In this document: in pieces, positions 13,701 through 25,700 of the stretch | How the letters are laid out: every line of letters begins with the position of its first letter | How positions within the stretch are numbered: position 1 is the first letter of the stretch | DNA from: Mytilus californianus | Taxonomy: Eukaryota | Assembly (NCBI RefSeq): GCF_021869535.1 | Contig: NW_026262690.1 | Coordinates: 29,698,001-29,762,000, forward strand | DNA length: 64,000 nucleotides | Direction of reading: 5' to 3' | The notes under the pieces: generated by a model | Seen by the model: the letters and a program-made list of their open reading frames with translations, nothing else | What the model was told of the DNA's origin: nothing | The model's database searches: none | Program-made: the position numbers and the translations under genes

Positions 13701-16700
13701 CTTGTCCTATATTAGCACCTTCTGTAATTATAATTCTAAGCTCCTCGGACACTAATAAGCAGTTCATTCTGTAAAGAATTGTTGGTAAACAAACAGCCTT
13801 TCTCCAAAATGAGGCTGGAAATACATGGATTTCACACAATTCTGGAATAAGAATTTGCTTCTGTTGTAAATTTTCACGTCTTGCTTTCTTTGTCTCTGCA
13901 CTACTTGTTGGCAAAGCCACACCTTTTTGATTCAAATATCGTGGAGTCAATAAATTGAGCCGAGCAGAAGTATGATCAACATCCAATAATGGTTGCTCAT
14001 AATTTGTAATTGATAAACCATACTTGGTTATATAATATTCAGCAAAAGTTTTATATAGTTCTGGTGATGGAAACGGAGATGCTGGGTTGAGATCCATTCT
14101 GATTTCAGCTACATAGAAATGTTGAGGCTGATCAATATTCCTGTATCCTGGCATTACAACAGCATCTTCATAATCCTCTTTGGTAAATTCAAAAAGTTCC
14201 CTTTCTGTATCATATATGTTTCTCCTCTCGTGGAGCTTATACTTTTCTACTTTTTCAATAAACTCCCAATCAACAGCAATTTCTTGTGTAGCTGAAAAAA
14301 AAGATTTAAAAAAATTGTTCAAAACACAAATAAGATTTTAACATGTACTTTATCAGTTGGCAATGCAAATTTTGTAAACAAACATAATAATACAATTCAC
14401 ATACTTGTGGGGTGTCTTTTAGGAACTTATTAACACTTGAAATGACTGTTTAAACTTACTTAAAAGGTTAAAATAGCCTACAAATTATTGAAATTACTAC
14501 AAAACAAATAACACTATCTAATTAATGATAACAATGTACATAAGTGGAATTTTCTGTCAACATATGTGGTGAATTGCTTCTTTTGGCAACAAGCAAACTT
14601 ATGTCTGAATTTAATGATAGTTCCATTTTTTAACAAATATTAGTTCTTGTAATATATTCTATATTGTAATACATCATTCCTGCCTCTGACGGAAATTTCA
14701 TCATATTGTAATATATTCTTTCCTGTTCATGGCAGAAATCTCATTTAGCACTGTGAGCACTAAAGGGTTAACATTGTACTTGTTTTGAAGTGGAAAACAG
14801 AACATTAAACATTGCACTGTTTAAGCATGAGAAGGCAATACTATGAATTGGAGTCCATAATTGTAGTTGGTTCATCTACCGGTACACAATTATGGACAAA
14901 ATAAGATAACACTAATTTTAAATATTACAATATAAATGTATGTAATTTTCCTGACAAGTATGGTTATATTCATATACATTATTTTGTATATGTGAATATC
15001 TGAGTATATATTCCATTGATAAATTTCTTGAAATCGTCATGGATAGGATGTATAGAATGTTGTGCTAAATGCACTTCGTTTTTTAGCAGCATACTGCAAA
15101 CTATTCCAATCTAAGAAAATATGTAAGTTCATAATTTGCAGAAGATCAAATTTGACAAATGTTAACAACATGTCATGGACACCAACGAATTTCATCAAAG
15201 GATCAAATGTGTTATATACTGATATACAGGGGAAATAACGTTATATATGGGATCCAAGAAAAAGTCTTATTTGGAATCAGCTGTTGCACTGCCCACCAAA
15301 ATTGTTTTCATGTATCCCACAAATTCCCATAAACACCATACAAGTTCTTATTACACTATTAATTTTTAAGGATACTAATTTTTGTGGATGGATACAAAAT
15401 TGTATATTAATGGATATTTGATTTTGTGGTTTTGTAAATTTGAACCTCTTGGAACATTTAAATACATTGTTCTTCTATTCTACCATTTATCCAAATTATT
15501 ATTATGAATTCACAGTAATAAATTTCAACCTAATATTTACCTTCTTTTCACACATATTTCTCACATCAATTTAACTGCATATATAATGCAAACGAAACTT
15601 TGTTTGCAAAACATTGGTTCTAGACAAGCATACATATGAAAAAAATATATATTGACCTTGAAGTCAAAGATCTATGTCATAAGTTGATCAAAAGGGTATG
15701 TGAAACATTGTCCATCAAGATACATTATTATGTCAAATATTATCAATCTACATAAAAAATAAGTAAATTGTGTCTCTAGACTTGTCAGTATGTGAATGTG
15801 AGATAAAAAAAACTGACCTCAAGGTAAAAACTTAGGTGAAATGTTAGTATGGTACATGTTACTTTATTTTATGGTGATACACTAATATGCCAAATATCAT
15901 AAGTCTACATCAACAGATTAGATAGTTCTGGTGCAAACTGTATGAGGAGGTCAGCATCAAAAAGAAAATGAATTCAGGGTAAGATAATGTGTCTCCTTTT
16001 TGAAGGGGAAGTCATATAAATAACATAAAAAACAGTAATAGGTTAGCAGTTTGTAACTATAGCAATAGTTTAACAGTGTGTTACTATTGACATAATTAAA
16101 TTTCCCACATAAACAAACATACTTACCTTTTGCTAAAGGAATAATTAAGTAACCAAGCTCAGCTTGGTTGGGAGAGAAAATCATAGGATCTTTCTCTAGT
16201 CGTAAGACATTGCTGAACACAAATCGGTGGAAGTTTGATAATCTTTCTAGCTCCTCATGACTATAAAAGACATCAGATGTAAGTAGTTCTATACTAACAG
16301 TTACTTCCCCTGACCTGGTATATACAGGAAATTCTGGGACCTATGAAATGTAAAATGAAATAAGATGAAATATCAATGAGACAACCAAAACTGATAAAAC
16401 CATAGAAAAAAATCATAGCAAAAAAGAAAAAAAGGAAAACAACAAACAATAGTCCACAAACATTACAAAGGAGACTACAAATTGCCCAACATATAATTGA
16501 CCTACTACTCATAGTAACTGATAAATAAGATGTTAACACCAAAACAAATGGCACCCAAAAGTGACTACAAAGATGTAAGCAGATGTTTGGAACATAAAAA
16601 AAGTTCAAAAGTGGTACCAAATCCTGACCTCATCCAGGGTATGCATGAAATACTTGTCACTGGACAACATGCAAAAATAATCAATCAAACAAGTCTTGAT

Positions 16701-19700
16701 AGCTTGTAAATGAATTAGAGACAGACAACCAAAGATCTGAAAACAACCTTCAAATCTTGTATCTGTGAAACTTTGTGATGTTAGACAAGTGAAGCCACAA
16801 TACATTCAGTTATTATTTTGAAAAAAAAATCTATATCAACTTCAAGCTTTAAAATATGACATTCTATTAAATTTCAAAATGTTTCCTCTTATGATGTGAA
16901 TGCATGCTTTCTTACTGTAGCAATTACTTGGTAATCACTCTATACTTTTTACACAAGCCTGGCTGAAATGAAACTTAACTTTCAATACAGTAGAATATTT
17001 TATTGCTCATAACGGTTCGTTTTGATCAAGTAATTCTAAGAATGCATTTGTTATAAAGTATCATATTTCAACCTCTTGGATATACCTTGGAATAATAAGT
17101 CTTATTATTCCCACTTCTACAAACCTGTGGAATTGTAACTGAGGTTAACAGACCAAATGACCTTGAGGTCTCCTCTGGATCATTGAGTTTTCTTCCTCTG
17201 GTATTCTGATCATCAGAGATTGGTTTTGTCAGCTTCATTTTCAGTAAGTACAAATTATTCTTTTGTTTCTCAGGATATCCTCTTAACAGTATATTGGCTG
17301 TCTGTAAAGTAAAATTATTACAAAAATATCATATAGTGTCTACATTTTTTGGCTTGAATAAGTGTAATGAACATACTTAAGATTTTTTTCCCCATATCAG
17401 TATTTTGCAAAACATATTGTCCCTCCCCTAACCCTAACACCTTTCAATACTGTAATAAATATTATGATACATTTATGAATACTTATGATACTTGAGAGAA
17501 CATGATTTATTAATTAGTTGTAATAGACTTTCAAGGCCGTATGGTGACCTGTAGATGTTAACTTCTATGTCATTTGGTCTCTGGTGGAGAGTTGTCTCAT
17601 TGGTAATCATACCACTTCTTCTTATTTTTATATTTGAAGTGGCTTTTAGTAACTTGGAGTATGCTTAGATCATTACTTTGTGGCTTTTGTTGAGTGCTCA
17701 CAGATATATCTCTAACTCCACCATATTCTCTATGTGTCTGTCCCAAGTCTGATGCCTGTTATTCAGTGGTTGCAGTTGGTTAATGTCTGTGAAATTTGTT
17801 TTTCATTAACTATTTGTTATACATCAGGCCATTAGTTTTTTCATTTGCATTGCTTCACATTTTGTCATATCAGGGCCTTTTTTATCTGACTATAAGGTAT
17901 GAGTTTTGCTTATCATTGAAGGCCTTTGTTTACCTATAATTGCTTACATCCACATCATTTGGACTAGGGTGGATAGTTGCATCATTGGCAATCATACCAC
18001 ATTTCCTTACTCAAATACAAAGATAGGAGAAAAGTTTTTGATGAAATAAGTTAACCTTTTTCAGGTAATACTGTTTCCTCTTTGTAGTTCCTGGTCTAGC
18101 TTCTCCCATCAAGTCTTCATCATCCCATTCATTATTATCATCTTCCTCCAAAGAAAATAATTCCTTCCCAACAGGAGCAAGCTGGTCATCTAATTCACCT
18201 GAAATCATATTTTGTACAATAGACATAACTATTCAAGCCCTTCAGTGATATGTCCCCTAGCACATAGCTACAGTTGAATCTTGTTGTCTTGAACTCGGTC
18301 GACTAAAATTTCCTAGCATTGAGATACAGTAATATCAATTGATTTTCTCTAAAATACTCTCAGATTTTGTAATAAGTTTACAGTAACAGATGCCAAGTGA
18401 TGACATAAATTTATATGGTTCATTGGAGCAAAGTGAGTTAATTCTAAGAATCATAATTGATTGTACTGAAATATTGATGACTTACAATTATGTTCAATAT
18501 TACAATTTTTTGTAAAAAAAAACATAGGTTAGTTACCTTCTTCATGGAGGTTTTCACACATCTTCAATGCAACTGCTCTCTTGGCCAAACTTTTAGTTGG
18601 CATAAAATCACTCTGAAATATTGTTTACATACAGTTTAAAAGAAACTTTAACATCTTAAACAGCACTTTTAAAATCTAAAAATCAATTTCAAAACTTAAA
18701 TTAACTTAATAAGATGTTCATTCGCAACAAAGATTAGTTTAGACAGCTCCGTTGTATGGGGGATAAGGAAAAACAAAACTTCCAAGTATATATATTTATT
18801 GTGTCCCAATGATCAATTATCTTTATAGAGAATGAAAGACAGATCTATATCCTGTATATTAGTCTTACTACAATAAATGACAATTCTAATAAAAATACAC
18901 ATTTCTTAATTTTTCCCAAATAAAAAAAATCCATAATATGTATTAAAGTCATTTATTTACTGGTAAACATTACTAAATTTCAAATCAAGCAATCTGGAGA
19001 ATATCATTTATTTATCAAATCTTAGACTCATCATATTGTTGGACATTTCTTAGTTTCAATTACCAAACCCCTAATATACCATGACAATGCCCACATAGCA
19101 TGCATGTATGTCTATGTTATGCTTTAACTTTTTGTTATCTTTGTATAACAAGTACATCTACTTCAGTTATAGTAAAAGCTTCTAATTACCACTCACCGTT
19201 ATTTGTAGTTTAATAGGTGAATTGATTGGTAATCTAAGTTTAGCTTGGTACATTAAGGCTCCATTGACTTTCACACTGTTAAGATGACACTTGGGTGTCA
19301 GATGTGTAAAGGCATCACTAGGCAGTTTGGCACAATATCTGTAAGTACATGTAATATCAGTCAAATCTGAAAGTATGTGTAATATTATTTAGATACAACT
19401 GCTAGGTGAAGCATGGTACTCATATATCAATCCATTTCTTTTCAATATTAGACAAGATTGGTTTGGTTTTTATTAGGTTGAGAAGTCCCACTTATGTAGT
19501 GTGATTTGTACTTAAGAGAAAACATGTGCCTACATGGAACCACAACACATTTAGTGTATTTTTCTATATCAATACATGTATTTGAGGATTTTAAGGAGTA
19601 AACATAGCAGTTGTTGTACTTGATATGAAAATTTCTATTACATTTTCAATTACAATAAATTTATGAGCTATTCAGTAAATATTTAATTTTAAATCATCTC

Positions 19701-22700
19701 AATAACATTACCTATTGACTAATGCTATGGCATTACATAAGTTGACTTGAATGGATGGCATGTCAGAGTTGGGATAATAAGGGGGAAGTAACTCTATACA
19801 ATCTAAGTCATCTTCTATTATTTCAAGGTCATTTTCACTTTCTTTATTCTGTCTCCATCCAATCAAAACCTTTTGAAATACACAAAAACATAAATTACTT
19901 CTCCTACAAAACACCAAAAAAAATAAACTTCAAAGTCCATTTTACACTGTAAGATTTTACTATGGTCACTGATTATCTTTCACTTTATAAGCATTTTTCA
20001 AACATTCTAAGTACACCTGTAACCAGGAATCTACTTCTATTAAGTGTGGGCTTTAAAGGCCATTGCTGAAGATCTTAGACATAAACAGTACATTTCAAAT
20101 TTTTTTATCTGTTTTGATCATATATCTCCTCACATTTCAAAGTAGTTATGCATCCTTGCATATCAAGTTTTTGAACTTGAGCATTCATGATGAAGGTAAA
20201 TCCAGATAATCGCTTCATACGCAAACAATTTATATAGCGTTATTTTCATTTTTATTTCCTAACATTTCAAGGAATTTTTTTTCAAGATGTGACTTCCTGC
20301 ATTGTTTCTTTATTTCTTTCAATATCTTGCTGCACTAAAGCTAGGTATATTTCAGTTTATAAACTATAGAAAGCTGTGTTCTTTTAAAGTGCTTGTGTTT
20401 GTATGTCATGTAGACACTGATGTCTTATGACATCTACTGATGTTCTACCCTATGGCTTCCAAAACTGTCGTATTTTCAGGTCATAACTTGTAAAATTTAT
20501 TTTTGACCGGCTAGTGTACGGCTGAAGTAGACATCAAATTCAGAAAAAAATTAAGGTTTAAGCAATCATTTTTACTTGCTATTTTCCTTATCACAGACAC
20601 ACTTTTCCAGTCATAAAAGTGACAGGAGGAGAACTTACTATAAAAACAAGTCCTAATCAAATACCCCCTCATAGTTTTTTTGTCTCTGTTATCATCTTTA
20701 CCTTTGTCAAGTCAACATCTGGTTTTAGAAAACATGTGCTTTAAAACAAAAGTATAGTTTCTTTTAAGTATGTTATTGCAATAATAAAGAGTAAAGCGCA
20801 AATGTAAATCCAGTGATGTTCCACACTTCAAACAATGCACTGTCAGTTTATAAAGAAATATCAACGTACGAACTAATGTCAAGTCATGGAATCCATATTA
20901 AAATTACTAAGAAATAATTTTCATGTCAGTAGTTGTTCTTGATTTTCAAATGATTCCCTTGATAGCCGATAGTTAAAAAGTCTGAAGAGATTTAAAAAGT
21001 GATTAAAAAAATAGGTGAGGCTGGCTAAATTTATTTTTGGAAGCCCTCGTTTTACCCTTACTTACTTTTTCAACACCTTTAAACATCTGTAGATCTTCTT
21101 TGAATGTTTCTGTCTTATTATCATCGATAAGTATAAGATACTCTGCATCTTTAGCTCTCGCTAAACCCTGTAAAAGACAAGAACCACTCTTGCATATACA
21201 TTGTATGTATAGTGCATTGATATTCATGAGTCAGAGTAAAGTAAATATTTTTACTATCATAACATATCATAACATTGTTTTTTTTTAACATAAAATCATG
21301 TCATGCATGTAGAGCATTATAAATCATGCTAATGTACTTTTCTTTCCTATTTAGAACAAGTAAAACTGCGAGCTACTGCTCACTGATGATACCCCCGCCG
21401 AAATATTTCGGTAAACAGGAAGTTGTTGAGTGATGAATCTGAAATCCCATCACACAGTATAGCTGACTTATATAAACCCTGAAACCAAATTTCAGAAATC
21501 CTTGTATTGTAGTTCCTGAGAAAAATTGACAAAAGTTTTCAACTTGGCTATCATGTGTAAAATGATACAAGTGTTCGGTAAACAGGAAGTTGTTGAGTGA
21601 TGAATCTGAAAACGCATCACACGGTATAACTTACTTATATAAACCCTGAAACCAAATTTCAGAAATCCTTGTATTGTAGTTCCTGAGAACAATGTGACGA
21701 AAGTTTTCAACTTGGCTATCATGTGTAATATGATACAAGTGTTCGGTAAACAGGAAGTTGTTTAGTGACGAATCCGAAACCGCATCACACAGTATAACTT
21801 ACTTATATAAACCCTGAAACCAAATTTCAGAAATCTTTGTATTGTAGTTCCTGAGAAAAATGTGACGAAAATATTCATGGGACAGACGGACTGACGGACG
21901 AACTGACGGATGGACAGACAGAGGTAAAACAGTATACACCCACTTTTTTAAAGCGGGGGTATAATTACAATGAAACAGTGAAGCTGTATTAACACTTTAC
22001 CTTACATCTATTGTAATGAAACAGTGAAGCTGTATTAACACTTTACCTTAGATCTACTGTAACGAAACAGTGAAGCTGTATTAACACTTTACCTTAGATC
22101 TACTGTAATGTAAAAGTGAAGCTGTATTAACACTTTACCTCCGATCTACTGTAACAAAACAGTGAAGCTGTATTAACACTTTACCTTAGATCTACTGTAA
22201 TGTAAAAGTGAAGCTTTATTAACACTTTACCTCAGATCAACTGTAGTGAAACAATGAAGCTGTATTAACACTTTACCTTAGATCTACTGTATGACCTGTA
22301 ATCTTTAGGTGGATCAAATTTCATAATCATATTACATCTTGGAACATCAATTCCGTCTTCCAAGAAACTTGTTGCTATTAACAAATTAAGCTCCTGAAGT
22401 CTGAATTTCCTTAAAATATCCTCTTGTTTTTTATTGATATCCTTTTTAAGAGTTTTCTTTTTCTGGCCTGTAATTTGATGGCATTTGACAAAACATAAAC
22501 TGTCATCCCATGAACAAACTTCCTCCATCATCTTGTTCAGTGCTATTGCTACAAATCTATGATCCACAAAGACAATACCACACAGATATTTCTCTGCATC
22601 AACAGAAAATGGATCTGATGCCTTTTTGGTACTATCCTCTGATCCTTCCTTTTTAATTGCTACATGAATTACATTGGATCTTTTATTATCATCTTCATTC

Positions 22701-25700
22701 TCAGAATCATCGAATTCAGAATCATCAGACATGTCAGATTCATTATCTCCCATCATTCCATCCATATCCTCGCTGCTTATTATCATAAAGTCGTAGTCTG
22801 GCTTATAATTCTTCAAATGGTTCACAAGCTCTCGTACTTTTGGAGATGCATATAAAAGCAACGCATCAACATTATAATCTGGAGTAAAGTTATTTTCAAA
22901 TACAGTGTTAAGCATTCTTAACTGTGTTGAACTAAATCTTAAAAACTTTTTAGCTAATATTTCCGTTTCTTGTTTTTCCATTTTTTCAAGTTGAGTAAGA
23001 AACATCTGTGCTATACTAGCAGCACACCAAGGACCAAGTTTATACAAAATATTAAGACATTCACATACGACAGTTTTTGAGATTTGACATGGATCATTGC
23101 TTACTTTATTTTCATTTTCTTCATCTTCTTTAATTTTGAAATCTTCCAGAAATTCCAGAGCATCAAGTAGTATATTTTCAAGCTGATCCACTAAACCAGT
23201 TGTATCTTCATACTTTTCACATGTGATAATTTGTTCTTTTGGCCATATTCCATATCTCTGGGACATAATCAGAGTTGAGGTTTCTGCAACAGCATCTAGT
23301 TTTGTTTCCAGTGTTGATATTGTTGATTCTAGATCAGCTGGATTTTGACAGCGTGTGGCTGTCACTGATGATGTTAGTCCTAGAATTCTTGGTTTACATT
23401 CCAATGAGGTGTCATTCATCTTTTGTAAAATTTGAGCATAAACAGGATCTTTATTAACGACATGACAGTCTTCAAAAATTAATACATTAACTTCTGATGG
23501 ATGTAAAATGTCTTCTTGCAAAACATAATTCAAAACATGTGATGACAGAAATAGGATATGATTCGATTTTATGAGATCTTGCCATTTTTCTGTTGTCATG
23601 GTTTCTATGCTATCTTTATTCAAATGCTGACTGACCTGAAGGTCTGTATGGTGCTGTATTATTTGAACCTGCTGATCAACAAATGTTTCTACAATGAATT
23701 TAAAATCTATAAAGAATGAGGTCACATACAACATAAATGTTTCATTTCTCAGAGGTGTGAAAAAGTAGATGAGAGGTATGTAAGTTTGTTGTACCTGTAA
23801 AGGTCCCTTATTTTCAACCCTTATTACAAACATTTGACTAGAGCATTTAAAGAAGTATCAAACTAAGGCCAAAATCTAAAAAATCTTCACAGGTTCATTT
23901 TACAACCAGAGTAAAATAATGAATGGTCCTATTTGGTCCTGAAGCTCTTTTTTTCAACATTTTAACCACTATGGAAATAGGTGTATTGAACTGGAAAAAA
24001 TGTTTTAAATAATTCTGTAAACTGCATCATAGGGAGGGCAGCTCATCCACATGTCTGATACCAAATATATAGAGGTTCACAAGTGTTAACAAAAAATTAT
24101 AGGAAGACAGAGGTATCCCAGTTTGTTTTTACTTTAAGAGAGTTTATCTTCTAGATAAATTTAATAGGTTTCTATTATAATTTGATAAAACTTTTACTTT
24201 TTCTACCCTGCATATGAAGTCCAATTTTTTTTTTTAGATTAGAAGCTTGTGAATGATATCCTGGTTTATTGCAAAATGAATGGATATACAGTTGGAATCC
24301 TGTTTTAAGCAGAATTCATCCCCAAGAATTATTTTGATAGTGTCTGAAGTATGTCATACATGAATATGTAAATTAGGTACCGGTACCAGGGCCTCTAAAA
24401 TGATCGTATTTTCCGGGCATGACCGATAAATTATAAATATGACTTGTGTCAAACCTGAAAAGGACATTTAACGTGGGTTTGCCATTTTAACATATTGAAT
24501 TCAGAAAAAATGATATGGTGAATAAGTACTATCAAAACAAACCCTACTTTAATATATACCTCTCATTACAATCAAGGTTAATTAGTTGTCAGACAGTTGA
24601 AATTTACCTGTTCAGGTGACAGGTAAACTTATATGTACCGGACATCGATTGGTCTATTTGAAGTTATTTTCATAAATTTGAGCGGTTTGACCTAATTAAT
24701 TTAATCAAAAAGATTTAAATCATCATAAGTATGTTTATAAATATGATTTGATGAAAATTTTCAAAAGGTAGTTATAAAGGTTTTAAGCGAAAAAATCGCC
24801 AGGACCAGGTTGTTTGAACAAAGTACATGCATGCACATGTGCGCAGTTGTGAGATTTAATAATGCATTCGAATTCTTCAAAAATGCTAAAATTATCATGA
24901 TACCTTTATCTAACGTTCATTTCAAGTATTTTCTTGAAGAAATAACATTGGAAAGAGCTACTCGATTGTGCTTTATAAACGTACACGGATTTTTCGTATC
25001 CTACTCTGGTCCCTGTTTTACCATTGTCAAGTCAATATTGGGTATAAGAAAATGTACCTTCAAAAGCGAAAGTAAAGATTTTGACAACGTAATTTTGCAC
25101 AAATAAAGATTTTAAGGCAGATATTAGTACGCTAATGTTGCACACTTCGAATGATGCACTGTCAATTTAACACTTTACATCAGAACAATCGAATTTGTAT
25201 CAAAAGTCAAGTTTAATATCGTTTATATGTCAATCATTCATTCAGGTATTTCACATCCAATTTTTTATGGAAATATTCTTTATAAAGCACAAAAATGTCA
25301 GTATTCACCTCTGAAGCTAACAAAACCTTTAAATAGACTTATTAAGAAGGGATATAGTTACGATACTGTTGTCAGGTCATTAAAGATTGCATATTTTGGC
25401 GTTAATATTGATTCACTTATAGGGTCTTTGCATCGGCACTAAACACAATTATTTAAAAACCAGTTGTTGGCATGACACGGGTTATGTTCTTCTCATATAT
25501 ATATGTTATGATTGATTGATTGTTGGTGTTTTAACGCCACTTTTAAGCGCCACTTTTGGGCTATTTCGTGGCGGCCTGTTTTTATTGGTGGAGGAAGCCG
25601 GAGTGCCCAGAGAAAACCACCGACCTTCGATAGGAAAACTGACAATCCTAGTCAATTAAGATTGGAGTCGAGTGCACCCGCACGAGCGGGGTTCGAACTC

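Noticed and set aside
21970-22291. 46-bp array (and the 35-bp array at 44476) as possible CRISPR
   Set aside because: Head-to-tail repeats with no unique spacers, in a eukaryotic locus with no cas genes.
24810-25215. 98-aa ORF in Dicer intron 2
   Set aside because: Overlaps a dispersed repeat that has a second diverged copy near 20690-20960; no protein motif.
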